Assembly: GCA_965226195.1 (NCBI GenBank)
Contig: OZ245333.1
Location: 2,152,275 to 2,216,274, forward strand
Source: Oligoflexales bacterium
GTDB lineage: Bacteria > Bdellovibrionota_B > Oligoflexia > Oligoflexales > JAPPIL01
Reading direction: 5' to 3'
DNA: 64,000 nt
The notes under the pieces were generated by a model. It saw only the letters and a program-made list of their open reading frames with translations. It was not told the DNA's origin and did not search any database. Made by a program: the position numbers and the translations under genes. Of this stretch, positions 19,921 to 29,930 are shown in pieces (position 1 is the stretch's first letter; every line of letters starts with the position of its first letter).

Positions 19921-21693
19921 TCAGTGCGCCGCGGGTTTTAAGCTGCGGCGTTCGCTTATTTCTGCCGTCAGCAATTGCACAGCTTCGTCCTGTGGCACGG
20001 TCTGCTGTTCATGCACGCCGTGCCGACGGATGGTGACCTTGCGTTCGTTAACTTCTGCCGCCCCGATGATAAGTTGTACAGGAATTTTACGCAACGCCGC
20101 CATTTTTATTTTTTTTGAAAAGCTGTTGCTGCTGCTGTCAAGCTCGACACGCAACATTTCAGCTCGTAAACGTTGTCGCAATGTCTGCGCATATTCTTGA
20201 AAACTCGCGGCGATAGGAATTATCATCACCTGCACAGGCGCACACCATAAGGGCAATGCCCCGCCGAAATGTTCTAGCAAGTGACTGATAAGGCGTTCGT
20301 GGCTTGACAGTGGGGCACGATGAATTATCAGCGGGGTTTCTTCTGCGTCTTGTTCGTTGCTGAAGACAAGATTGAAGTTGATGGGGCTTAAAAAATCGAG
20401 CTGAATAGTTGAAAAAGTTTCTTCCCGCCCTAGCAAATTTTTAAACTGAAAATCAACTTTCGGCCCGTAGAACGCGGCTTCGCCTGGCCCTTCAAAATAG
20501 TCTAGCTGGCAATCACTGCATGCCTCCCGCAAAAGCTGCTGTGCTTGTATCCACATCTCCTGTTTGCCGAGATACTTGTCTTTTTTGCTGACATCAGCGG
20601 TGGAGAGACGCACACGGAATTTTTCCAGATGCAGCGTCTGATAAAATTCACGGTGCATAGCAATGATATTAGTGAACTCATCTTTCAACTGTGACAGACG
20701 CAGATAGATATGCGCATCGTGAATGGTAAGACACCTGACACGCAATAAGCCTGACAGTTCGCCTGATTGTTCGTAACGATAGCATGTGCCGAATTCGGCT
20801 AGGCGTAAGGGTAATTCCCGATAACTGCGTTTGCGAAACGCAAAAATTAAATGATGGTGTGGGCAATTCATTGGCTTGAGAAAAAAAGTTTCGTCGCCAT
20901 CTTCGGTGCGCAAGGGTGGAAACATCGATTCTCGATACGCAGGCAAGTGCTTGGAACGCAGATACAGCTCGTCTTTGGCAATGTGTGGTGTGGCGACGCG
21001 CTGGTAGCCATGTCGAAACTCGACTTCTTTGGCATAATCTTCCAATGCGTCTCTGATGGCTGTGCCGTGCGGCAACCACAGTGGCAAGCCGCGCCCAACC
21101 AGCGGGTCGAAAGTAAAAATTTCTAATTCCCGTCCAAGTTTCTTATGATCGAACTGCTCGGCACGGGTGCGTTGCGCAAGAAATTCTTCCAGTTCTGCCG
21201 CGGTGGTAAAGGCAAGTCCATAGATTCTTGTTAGCATGCGCCGCTTCTCATCGCCGAGCCAGTAAGCACCGGCAATGCGATCGAGTTTGAAGGCATCGCT
21301 GGGCAGCTCGCTGGTTTTTGCGACGTGTGGCCCTTCGCAGAGATCGATGAAGTGTTCGTTTTCGTAAAAAGAAAAGGTCGTTATGCCTTTTGCTTGCAGG
21401 GCGGTGACGTGTTCTTGCTTGTAGGGTTCGTGTTCAAGGCGTGCTAATGCTTGTTTATAATCGCCCTCAAAGCGGGTAAAGCTTTGATTTTGTGCGATAA
21501 TTTTCTTCATCTGGCGTTCGATTTTTTTTAGCTGCGCGGCTGGCAACGAGGCCTCGCCGAGATCGAAATCGTAGTAGAAACCGTCTTCGACAGGCGGGCC
21601 GAAACCAAGCTGAGCGTGCGGGTAGAGCTTTTTCACCGCTTGTGCCAACACGTGTGCTAATGAATGTCTGATACGGTAGAGATTGTCGTCCAT
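19921..21693 (-). CDS. thrS: Threonine--tRNA ligase (form without the N-terminal TGS domain)
   Basis: The 590-aa protein starts at the editing/second-additional-domain block IRHSLAHVLAQAVKKLYP. It has class II motifs (FRKRSYRELPLRLAEFGTCYRYE, GLLRVRCLTIHDAH) and a C-terminal anticodon-binding domain. Confidence 0.95.
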   Translation of the reverse strand: MDDNLYRIRHSLAHVLAQAVKKLYPHAQLGFGPPVEDGFYYDFDLGEASLPAAQLKKIERQMKKIIAQNQSFTRFEGDYKQALARLEHEPYKQEHVTALQAKGITTFSFYENEHFIDLCEGPHVAKTSELPSDAFKLDRIAGAYWLGDEKRRMLTRIYGLAFTTAAELEEFLAQRTRAEQFDHKKLGRELEIFTFDPLVGRGLPLWLPHGTAIRDALEDYAKEVEFRHGYQRVATPHIAKDELYLRSKHLPAYRESMFPPLRTEDGDETFFLKPMNCPHHHLIFAFRKRSYRELPLRLAEFGTCYRYEQSGELSGLLRVRCLTIHDAHIYLRLSQLKDEFTNIIAMHREFYQTLHLEKFRVRLSTADVSKKDKYLGKQEMWIQAQQLLREACSDCQLDYFEGPGEAAFYGPKVDFQFKNLLGREETFSTIQLDFLSPINFNLVFSNEQDAEETPLIIHRAPLSSHERLISHLLEHFGGALPLWCAPVQVMIIPIAASFQEYAQTLRQRLRAEMLRVELDSSSNSFSKKIKMAALRKIPVQLIIGAAEVNERKVTIRRHGVHEQQTVPQDEAVQLLTAEISERRSLKPAAH

Positions 21694-21711
21694 GTGATCG
21701 ACCTGTTTCTA

Positions 21712-21870
21712 ACTAAAATTTTTTGATCCAACTTTTTATAAAAAGCTGGCGGGGTTTGGGAGAAAACGAGACCGAAGTCTCGTTTTTAGCCCCTGACTAC
21801 CTCTTCCCCAACAGAGGTTCAAAGGGGCAAAGCTACTTTATCGGGAGCGAAGCCCCTGACATTCATTTTA
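21712..21870. repeat. Mosaic repeat (R4 module) between thrS and the pseudouridine synthase gene
   Basis: It contains the near-palindrome ccaactttttataaaaagctgg. It also has a perfect 10-bp stem hairpin, aaaacgagac-cgaa-gtctcgtttt, at 21763..21786, plus ggttcaaagggg and gcgaagcccc blocks. Related copies lie at 31005..31206, 47190..47300 and 50455..50648. Confidence 0.7.
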
Positions 21871-21946
21871 TCTCCAGACATATAACCTATTGACCCCTCT
21901 GGTTATGCTGTGCTCTTGTAGCAGAGAATGGTGTGACTGACAAGAT

Positions 21947-22897
21947 ATGACTTCAGCCTCCGACTACAGCTGCACACTGCATGGCACATACCTGCCGACC
22001 CGCATTGATCGGGCTTTGGTGGTGGCCTTCCCATCGCTCTCACGTCGTCGTATTCGACGGGCACTTGACTATGGTGGCATCTATCTCAATTGTCGGCGAG
22101 TGCGAGTTGCCTCACGGATGGTGTTTGGTGGTGATGCGGTGGAAATTTTTTTGCCGACGAGTGCGCCGCGGCAACCTGCACCGCAGCTGTCTTCGGCTGA
22201 CATTCTCTATGGTGATACAGATCTGTTGGTGGTCAATAAGCCACCCTGTTTGCTCAGCCAAGCCACTCGCCGTCAAGCTGTTGAGCATCTTATCCCCGCA
22301 GTGCGCCAACTCTTGCCTGAGTGTGGCACACTACACATCGTGCATCGTCTCGACCAAGAAACCTCTGGGGCAATAATGCTGGCTCGCAATCGCCACACCG
22401 CGGTTTTTTTAGGCCAGCAATTGCGTGAACGGCGTGTCGCCAAAGCATACCTTGCTCTCTGTGCAGGCGTTCCTGCATGGCAACAGCACACCGAACGCAG
22501 TCATCTGTCGCCAATTGCTAAAAACATTGGCACAGTGGCTGTTGCTGAACGGGCGCAGCTACACACCCGTGAGGCCTTGACACGTTTTACTGTGCTGGCT
22601 AGTGCAGCAAGTTATCCCGTCTCACTGCTGCAGTGTGAACCGCTTAGCGGGCGCAGCCATCAGCTTCGGGCGCAGCTGCATCATCTTGACTTGCCGCTAC
22701 TGGGCGATAAAAAATACGGTGATATCCGACCGCAATTGCCTGCGCAGGCCGCGGCGCTTACTAGCACACATCATCTGCTGCATGCTCAGCGCCTTACCCT
22801 GCAACCTGCAGCAGGATGTAAGCACATTACCATACAGGCACCGCCGCCTGCCAATTTTCGTAATATGTTGGCGCTGTTGGGGATGCCATGTGCCTGA
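21947..22897 (+). CDS. RluA-family rRNA pseudouridine synthase with N-terminal S4 domain
   Basis: It has an S4-like region (RIDRAL..LSRRRIRRALDYGGIYLNCRRV) and the catalytic motif HRLDQETSGAIMLAR. Confidence 0.85.
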   Translation: MTSASDYSCTLHGTYLPTRIDRALVVAFPSLSRRRIRRALDYGGIYLNCRRVRVASRMVFGGDAVEIFLPTSAPRQPAPQLSSADILYGDTDLLVVNKPPCLLSQATRRQAVEHLIPAVRQLLPECGTLHIVHRLDQETSGAIMLARNRHTAVFLGQQLRERRVAKAYLALCAGVPAWQQHTERSHLSPIAKNIGTVAVAERAQLHTREALTRFTVLASAASYPVSLLQCEPLSGRSHQLRAQLHHLDLPLLGDKKYGDIRPQLPAQAAALTSTHHLLHAQRLTLQPAAGCKHITIQAPPPANFRNMLALLGMPCA

Positions 22898-23032
22898 AGA
22901 TACGTGGTATACACTAACAGAGTGAAGGCATGCGTCATACTCTTTGTTGAGTGATGTAGGGTAAAAAATATTGCAAATATAATATAATTCATGGTATTGG
23001 TATATTTTGTTTGTAATATCTAGGCATTTGTA

Positions 23033-25168
23033 ATGCAATTATTTAAAATAGTACTGCTGTTGCTGGTGTTTGTTTTGTGTGTGGCACGTCCTGCACTGGG
23101 GCGCAGGAGTTTGTCTGTGTTTGCTGCTAACCAGTTGTTGCATGGGGCGGGATTGCCACGTTATGCCGAGCTAAGGCCTGAGTATATTACCGAAGCTGTG
23201 CGGCAGCTGGTTAGATTGAAGAAGGAGAAGATCAAGGCGATTGAGCGTGATGAGAAAACAGATTTTGATGCGTTATTCGCTGCGTTGGATGAACTAGCTG
23301 CCTATGACCAGAGAGTTTCATTACTTATCTGGCACTTGCAGGATGTTGGCCGTGGAGAAAAGCTAATTGCCGCCTATTACAGAGCTTTGTGGAGGAATGC
23401 TTTGCCTAGGTTGCGCTTGACACTAAACCCTGTCATCTACCGTAAGTTGCTGGTGTTGGAGAAGGACGAGAATCTCACTGTTGAACAACGGCGCATGGTG
23501 CAGCTACAGCTTGGCGGGGAGCGAGATAAGGGTGTTGCCCTTGGTCTTGGTGTGTGGGGGCGGGTATATTTCAGGCTTATCGGTAAGCAGTTGAATCAGC
23601 TGCTTGGTAAATTTAGCCGCAATGTCTCTCGTGCGACTAAAAATTTTCAGTTAATTTTGCGTGACAAAGATGAAGCGGCTGGCTTGCCGGCAAGTTTTTT
23701 AGCGCGGGCCGCACAAAACTACGAACGGGTGGTAGGCGAAACGGCAAGTGCTGAGGCGGGGCCGTGGCTGGTAACACTTGATTTTGGCAGCTATAAACCG
23801 TTTATGGACTATAGCGAGCGTCGTGACCTGCGTGAGAAGGTTTATCGTGCCTTCATTAGTATTGCGTCACGTGAACCGTATGACAACACACCTTTGATCA
23901 AACGCGTTTTGCAGCTGCGTAAGGAGAAGGCACAATTGCTTGGTTTCTCTAACCACACGGCACGGGTGTTATCGACCAAGATGCTAAGCGATGCAGATAA
24001 GGTTATGCACTTGCTAGACGATTTGCATGCTGCGTTTTACGAGTTTGATATGAAGGAACACCAGCAACTCAGTGCTTATGCTGAGTCTCATGGCTGGGAA
24101 GGAAAACTTGAGCCGTGGGATATGTTTTTGTGGCAACGTAAGTTGCTAGAGGAACGATTTGTCATCGATACAGAGGAACTGCTTCACTACTTTCCCTTAC
24201 CGCATGTGCTTGACGGGTTGTTCACCTTGCTCGGTAAGCTTTTCAGTCTAAGTATCACAGAAAACACTGCAGCGGTGCAAACTTGGCATCCAGATGTTAA
24301 ATTTTATCAGGTGCATGATGCTGATGGTACGCATATTGGTTCGTTTTATTTTGACCCCTACCATCGTCCAAATAAATCCCGCGGTGCGTGGGTTAGCTTC
24401 TGCAGAAATCGTCGTGTCAGTGATGGTGTGCTAGAAGTTCCTGTTTGCAGCGTCATTACTAATTTCTCACCCCCAGCTGGAGGTAAGCCAACGCTGCTTG
24501 ATATGTATGAGCTAGGAGCACTTTTTCATGAATTCGGGCACGCAATGCATGTGCTGCTGACAACGGTTGATTATGGTGCGCTTGTTGGTATGCAAGCTGT
24601 TGAGAGAGATGCATCTGAGATGCCAAGCATGTTGATGGAAAAGTTTGTCTATCTTGACAACGTAATTTCCACTATTTCTGCACACGTCGAAACGGGCGAG
24701 GCTTTGCCTGTAGAGATACAGACACGCGTGCATGCTGCCCATAAACTTTATTCTGCTTACCGTTTTCAGAAAGTTCTTCTCCTTAGCTACCTTGATTTGC
24801 AGTTGCACAGTGACTTCAATCCTGATACGCAGGATTTACTTGTGCTAGTACGGGATGTTGCTACGCGCATGCAGGCTGTACCACTGTTCGGTGCAAATTT
24901 AGTGATCAATAGTTTAGAACATGTCTTTGGCGGGGGGTACGATGCCAGCCTCTATAGCTACTTGTGGGGTGAGGTTGTTGCCGCTGAAGTCTTTGCGTTG
25001 TTCCGAGAAAATGGTTTTGATGATGAAGGTTTGCGACGCAGCGGACGTAAGTATCGTGACACTGTGCTAGCTGTAGGTGGTAGCAAACACCCACGCGATA
25101 TTTTTATCGAATTGCTTGGCCGCGAGCCTTCAGTAAAAGCTTTGCTGAAGGAGTATGGCTTGCGTTAG
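23033..25168 (+). CDS. M3-family oligopeptidase (OpdA/PrlC/Dcp-like) with signal peptide
   Basis: The 711-aa protein has the HEFGHAMH zinc motif and the N-terminus MQLFKIVLLLLVFVLCVARPALG. Confidence 0.9.
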   Translation: MQLFKIVLLLLVFVLCVARPALGRRSLSVFAANQLLHGAGLPRYAELRPEYITEAVRQLVRLKKEKIKAIERDEKTDFDALFAALDELAAYDQRVSLLIWHLQDVGRGEKLIAAYYRALWRNALPRLRLTLNPVIYRKLLVLEKDENLTVEQRRMVQLQLGGERDKGVALGLGVWGRVYFRLIGKQLNQLLGKFSRNVSRATKNFQLILRDKDEAAGLPASFLARAAQNYERVVGETASAEAGPWLVTLDFGSYKPFMDYSERRDLREKVYRAFISIASREPYDNTPLIKRVLQLRKEKAQLLGFSNHTARVLSTKMLSDADKVMHLLDDLHAAFYEFDMKEHQQLSAYAESHGWEGKLEPWDMFLWQRKLLEERFVIDTEELLHYFPLPHVLDGLFTLLGKLFSLSITENTAAVQTWHPDVKFYQVHDADGTHIGSFYFDPYHRPNKSRGAWVSFCRNRRVSDGVLEVPVCSVITNFSPPAGGKPTLLDMYELGALFHEFGHAMHVLLTTVDYGALVGMQAVERDASEMPSMLMEKFVYLDNVISTISAHVETGEALPVEIQTRVHAAHKLYSAYRFQKVLLLSYLDLQLHSDFNPDTQDLLVLVRDVATRMQAVPLFGANLVINSLEHVFGGGYDASLYSYLWGEVVAAEVFALFRENGFDDEGLRRSGRKYRDTVLAVGGSKHPRDIFIELLGREPSVKALLKEYGLR

Positions 25169-25214
25169 GTTATTGCTTCCAAGTATGCTAACCAACAACA
25201 GTAGGGGGTTACAG

Positions 25215-27368
25215 ATGCAATCATGCAAAATTTTGTCGTTGTTGCTGGTGTTTTATTTGCTTTCTGTGTGTCCTGCATTGGCGCGAGGAGCTGGGGGGTT
25301 GCGAGAGATTGCGCGCAATCCGTTGTTGCGGGGGGTGGCGTTGCCGCGCTACGCTGAGATCAGTCACGAGCATATCAAAGAGGCGATGCAGCACTTGACC
25401 AGCTTGGTGGACGAGAAGATTGCCGCGATCGAGCGTGATGATACAGCAGATTTTGCCTCTCTGTTCAATGCGTTAGGCGAAATCAACATCTACTTCAGCA
25501 GAATTTGGTTGCCGCTCGATCATCTGCATAGGGTGCGTGACGGTGACGATGATAAGTTTCGTCCCTTGCATGAGAAAGCCAAACAGCAGATTGTAGAACT
25601 TGGATTGCGGTTAGCACAGAATCCTGTCATTTACGACAAACTGCTGGCACTGGAGAATGGCACAAGCCTCAATGCCGTGCAGCAGCGCATGGTGCAGCTA
25701 CGCCTTGATAGCGCAAAGCAACTAGGGGTTGGGCTTGAAGGTGGGGCACGGGAGCGTTTCAATGCCATTAGCGAGGAGTTGGCGGCCTTAGGTGTGCGCT
25801 TCACCAACAATAGCCTCGATGCAACGAAAGATTTTCAGCTAATTTTACGTGACAAGAGCGAAACCGCTGGTTTGCCTACAAGTTTTTTAGCGCGTGCCGC
25901 ACAAAACTACACACGGGTGACGGGCGAAGCCGCGACCACAGAGGTGGGGCCATGGCTGGTAACGCTCGATTACCCCAGCTATAAGCCGTTCATGGATTAC
26001 AGCGAGCGTCGTGACCTGCGCGAGAAGGTTTACCGTGCCTTTATCAGTATTGCTGCCCACGAGCCGTTCGATAACACGCCACTCATCAAGCGTATCTTAC
26101 AACTACGCGGGGAACAAACACGGCTGCTCGGTTTTCCCCATCACGCGGCGCGGGTGCTGTCCAACAAGATGGCAGGCAATGTGGCTAACGTCAAGCAATT
26201 GCTCGACGAACTGCATGCAGTTGGCTATCCGAGTTTTATCAAGGAACAAGAGCAGCTCAGTGCCTATGTCGCGGACAACGGCGGCCCCACAGAACTCGCA
26301 CAGTGGGATATGTATTATTGGGAACGCAAGATGAAGGAAGATCAACTCGATCTCGATTCAGAAGCACTGCGTCGTTACTTCCCCTTGCCACGTGTGCTCG
26401 ATGGTCTGTTTGGATTGCTCAACAAGACCTTTGGCATCAGTATCAAAGAAAACACCGCTGAAGTGCAGGTCTGGCATCCCGATGTCAAATTCTATCAAGT
26501 GTATGATGCTGACGGCACGCATATTGCTTCATTCTATTTCGATCCCTACGGTCGGCCGCAAAATAAATCTAGCGGTGCGTGGATGAGCACTTGCAACAGT
26601 CGTCATGTCAGCGGCGGCGGAGTACTAGAAATTCCTGTCTGTAATGTCGTCGCTAATTTTACCTCTCCCACTGCGGACAAGCCTGCTTTGCTCGATATGC
26701 GTGAGGTGGAAACCCTGTTTCACGAATTCGGCCATGCTATGCATGAACTGCTTACCACCGTTGACTACGGTGAAGTTGCTGGTACCGAAGGGGTAGAGTG
26801 GGATGCAGTGGAAATGCCGAGCAATTTTTTAGAAAATTTTATCTATCTCGACCGTGTCATTGCCAGCATCTCTGGTCATATCGAAAGCGGTGAACCTTTG
26901 CCGGCAGAGATGTTGGCGCGTCTGCAGCAACTGAAAAATTTTCGTATCGCTAGCCAGCTACAACGACAACTGTTTTACAGCTATTTCGACTTGCAACTGC
27001 ACAGCGACTTCGATCCCGATACCCAGGATCCGCTTGAGTTGATGCGGCAGCTTCATACGCAGACACTGGGTGTGCCGCCGCTCGATGCTGATCGTTTCCT
27101 CAACAAATTCCGCCATATTTTTGCGGGCGGCTACCATGCTAACTACTACAGCTACAAGTGGGGTGAGTTGCTGGCTGCCGATGCCTTTGAGCTGTTTAAA
27201 GAAAATGGTTTTGATGATGAGGGATTGCAACGCAGCGGGCGCAAGTATCGTGACACCGTGCTGGCCGCGGGTGGTAGCAAACATGCACGAGATATTTTTA
27301 TCGAATTGCGTGGCCGTCTTCCCTCAGCACAAGCGTTGCTCAAAAGTTACGGGCTAGTGGAAGAATGA
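25215..27368 (+). CDS. M3-family oligopeptidase, tandem paralog with signal peptide
   Basis: It has an ATG at 25215 (RBS-like tagggggt), the N-terminus MQSCKILSLLLVFYLLSVCPALA and HEFGHAMH. It is collinear with the upstream paralog along its whole length. Confidence 0.9.
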   Translation: MQSCKILSLLLVFYLLSVCPALARGAGGLREIARNPLLRGVALPRYAEISHEHIKEAMQHLTSLVDEKIAAIERDDTADFASLFNALGEINIYFSRIWLPLDHLHRVRDGDDDKFRPLHEKAKQQIVELGLRLAQNPVIYDKLLALENGTSLNAVQQRMVQLRLDSAKQLGVGLEGGARERFNAISEELAALGVRFTNNSLDATKDFQLILRDKSETAGLPTSFLARAAQNYTRVTGEAATTEVGPWLVTLDYPSYKPFMDYSERRDLREKVYRAFISIAAHEPFDNTPLIKRILQLRGEQTRLLGFPHHAARVLSNKMAGNVANVKQLLDELHAVGYPSFIKEQEQLSAYVADNGGPTELAQWDMYYWERKMKEDQLDLDSEALRRYFPLPRVLDGLFGLLNKTFGISIKENTAEVQVWHPDVKFYQVYDADGTHIASFYFDPYGRPQNKSSGAWMSTCNSRHVSGGGVLEIPVCNVVANFTSPTADKPALLDMREVETLFHEFGHAMHELLTTVDYGEVAGTEGVEWDAVEMPSNFLENFIYLDRVIASISGHIESGEPLPAEMLARLQQLKNFRIASQLQRQLFYSYFDLQLHSDFDPDTQDPLELMRQLHTQTLGVPPLDADRFLNKFRHIFAGGYHANYYSYKWGELLAADAFELFKENGFDDEGLQRSGRKYRDTVLAAGGSKHARDIFIELRGRLPSAQALLKSYGLVEE

Positions 27369-28810
27369 TGAAGCATGATGTGAGAAAAGAACTGTCACGG
27401 CGACGGTTCTTGCATTCGGGAGCCGCGGCGGGTGTGTCAGCGGTAGGACTTGCCTTTTCGGGCTGCCAGCATCTGTTAGCAAAAAAGTCTTCTTCGTGGT
27501 TACCCAACTGCAAGTTTGTCGGCACACCAAATCGCTGGCTCGACCTTCCCGCGGGCTTCAGTTGTCATCCTATCTCGCAGGTTGGTGAGGAGATGGACGA
27601 TGGCTTGTTGGTGCCGGGCCGGCATGATGGCATGGCCGCCTTTGCAGGTACGCACGGGCGGGTAATCCTGCTGCGTAACCACGAACTGTATGCACATGAG
27701 CTGAAGCATGGTGCTTTCGGAACATTCAATATACGTCTGCTCAGCGTTGCTCGTGAAAAACTTTACGATGCGGGACGAGGCCTACTGCCTTGTCTTGGTG
27801 CGGTAACGACAGTGGTTTACAATCCTCGCACGGGCAAGGTAGACAAGCACTTCTTGAGTTTGGCCGGCACGTTGCGCAATTGTTCTGGCGGGCCGACCCC
27901 GTGGGGGACGTGGGTGACTTGTGAAGAAAACGTGCAGCGTGCTGGCATGTTTTTTGAACAGGATCATGGCTACAACTTTGAAGTGCCGGTTGCGTCTGTG
28001 CCACAATTGACAAAGGCTGTGCCGTTGCGAGCGATGGGGCGTTTTAATCACGAAGCGATTGCCGTTGATCCTCACAGCGGTGTTGTTTATCAGACTGAAG
28101 ATCGCAGCGATGGTCTCTTTTATCGCTTTATTCCGACCCACAAAGGCCAGCTTGCCGCGGGCGGTCGTCTGCAGGCGTTGCGAGTGCTCGATCATAAGGG
28201 TGCAGACACACGTAACTGGCCAGCTAAACGTAGGGCGAGAGTTCCACTTGGTAAAGTCATGCCTGTTGCGTGGGTCGATCTTGATGATATCGACGCGCCC
28301 GCTGACGATTTGCGTATGCGTGGTTTTGAGGAAAAGGGTGCGGCACGGTTTGCGCGGGGCGAGGGTATCTGGTGCGATGGCAGGGCTGTTTATTTTGCTT
28401 GCACTAGTGGCGGTTCGCAACAAAAAGGCCAAATTTGGCGTTACGTCCCTAGTCCTGATGAAGGCACGGTGCGTGAACGACGCAAACCCGCGACACTCGA
28501 ACTATTTGTTGAACCTGAAGACAGTAACCTGCTGGAAAACTGCGACAACCTTACCGTTGCTCCGTGGGGCGATCTTATCGTCTGTGAAGATGGTGTTATC
28601 TGTGAAGATGGCACAAAAGAAGAATATCTCATCGGTATCACGCCTAAAGGACAGCTTTATCGCTTTGCCCGCAATGCCCATAACCCTTCAGAGCTCGCAG
28701 GAGCAACTTTCTCACCTGATGGCAGCATATTGTTTGTCAATATCCAAGATCCCGGCATTACCCTTGCCATCACAGGGCCGTGGGACGAAATCAGAAAACG
28801 CACGCTGTAA
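27365..28810 (+). CDS. DUF839 / PhoX-like beta-propeller protein with twin-arginine signal
   Basis: It has a Tat motif (SRRRFLHSGAAAG) and the DUF839 hallmark RNCSGGPTPWGTWVTCEEN. Its start overlaps the upstream stop (ATGATGA). Confidence 0.75.
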   Translation: MMKHDVRKELSRRRFLHSGAAAGVSAVGLAFSGCQHLLAKKSSSWLPNCKFVGTPNRWLDLPAGFSCHPISQVGEEMDDGLLVPGRHDGMAAFAGTHGRVILLRNHELYAHELKHGAFGTFNIRLLSVAREKLYDAGRGLLPCLGAVTTVVYNPRTGKVDKHFLSLAGTLRNCSGGPTPWGTWVTCEENVQRAGMFFEQDHGYNFEVPVASVPQLTKAVPLRAMGRFNHEAIAVDPHSGVVYQTEDRSDGLFYRFIPTHKGQLAAGGRLQALRVLDHKGADTRNWPAKRRARVPLGKVMPVAWVDLDDIDAPADDLRMRGFEEKGAARFARGEGIWCDGRAVYFACTSGGSQQKGQIWRYVPSPDEGTVRERRKPATLELFVEPEDSNLLENCDNLTVAPWGDLIVCEDGVICEDGTKEEYLIGITPKGQLYRFARNAHNPSELAGATFSPDGSILFVNIQDPGITLAITGPWDEIRKRTL

Positions 28811-28937
28811 AATTAGTTTTTTTATTAAATTTTTAATAATATCAACAGTTTATAAATTTTTTAGTTTTTTAGTTGACTTGTCAGTCAAAAAATTAATACC
28901 ATCCAATAGTCTGTTAACCTTTTTAGTGGGGTTTATC

Positions 28938-29789
28938 ATGAGGTTCTTTTTTCTAGCATTGATGGTGGCTGCTTGTGGTGGGCAACCGCCGCTTAGCTCG
29001 ACGCAGTGTATTCGTTCGAGCTCACTGTCAGATGAGGGTAGACTTGGCTGTCTTTACAATCCTTCACCGGTGAAACCTATGCTTGCGTTGTTGCTGCCGA
29101 AGGCAACGGCAATGTTTTCGCAGCAGCAGGACAACGGCCAGCACTGCCTTTACGAGAGCAGAACATCACTGTCGTGGTTGGGACGTGATGATGTGAGTAT
29201 CCGCACTATACATGGACGCAGTAAGGCAATGACTAAGTTTTCACTTGCGGCCGAAGATGTCCACACAGCCTTGCAGGTAGTGCGCATGACGGAAAAGATG
29301 AGGCATGTTCGTAAAACTCCCTACAAGCTGACGACAGGGGTTGGTGTTGCTTCTGGACTGGTAGCGGCTGCGGTGGGGCGTAGAGTAGCGCTGGCAAATT
29401 CATCAAGCTGTCGCAAGGCGGAATTCCTGTATCGTGCGGCAGGCGATATTTTTCGCCGCGGTGACTTTGCTCAGCAGATTGATAGGCTGCGTGATCTTTG
29501 TGGCGATAGGGACGCGGCCAAGATTGTCGAACTTGCTGCACAAAACACCGACGAAAAGTTGACCGACATGTTGCAAATGGCAGAACGAGTTTTCAGCAGC
29601 AACCGCGCAGTGATCTACTACGATGCGGCGTTGGTTAACGCTCTTCATCCTGGTTATGCTGTGGCACTTGTTAGATCTTTTAGGAAGAAAGCCTATGGTA
29701 ATTTCAAAAAAATTCGCCAGATCAAAAAATCTCTACCTTGGGTGCGCTCAGAGGGTGCGAGCATCTGTCAACAACAGATCAGCATCTAA
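28938..29789 (+). CDS. Hypothetical lipoprotein
   Basis: It has an ATG at 28938 and a lipobox in MRFFFLALMVAAC. The longer ORF-track version starting at 28059 overlaps the PhoX-like gene and is rejected. Confidence 0.5.
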   Translation: MRFFFLALMVAACGGQPPLSSTQCIRSSSLSDEGRLGCLYNPSPVKPMLALLLPKATAMFSQQQDNGQHCLYESRTSLSWLGRDDVSIRTIHGRSKAMTKFSLAAEDVHTALQVVRMTEKMRHVRKTPYKLTTGVGVASGLVAAAVGRRVALANSSSCRKAEFLYRAAGDIFRRGDFAQQIDRLRDLCGDRDAAKIVELAAQNTDEKLTDMLQMAERVFSSNRAVIYYDAALVNALHPGYAVALVRSFRKKAYGNFKKIRQIKKSLPWVRSEGASICQQQISI

Positions 29790-29930
29790 TCCCAGCAGGG
29801 AAGGGGCATAGGCCTCTTCCTCCCGCCAAGTTTTTGCGCTAAAAACTACCGGGCTGTGTTGCATTCCTTTGTTGTGCAGCTCAAAATTTGTAGAGGTGTC
29901 TCACTTGAACAAATTCCAGTTAAAGCTGTA

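Noticed and set aside
19921-21693. thrS as a 5'-truncated pseudogene (590 aa, no TGS domain)
   Set aside because: The ORF is intact. It starts with a clean ATG and retains the editing, catalytic and anticodon-binding blocks. TGS-less ThrRS forms exist, so I treat it as functional.
27782-28432. Antisense 216-aa ORF inside the PhoX-like gene. Similar shadow ORFs are 34280..34801, 43930..44442, 47890..48522, 52532..53041, 50476..50976 and 11741..12364.
   Set aside because: All lie fully within, and opposite to, genes with strong family signatures. Their sequences are low-complexity (R/S/C/L-rich) with no recognisable motifs, which is typical of frame shadows.
28059-28937. The 5' 880 nt of the 576-aa ORF 28059..29789
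   Set aside because: It overlaps the DUF839/PhoX-like gene in another frame and has low-complexity, stop-free but non-protein-like sequence. A proper lipoprotein start (ATG 28938, MRFFFLALMVAAC) lies after the PhoX-like stop.
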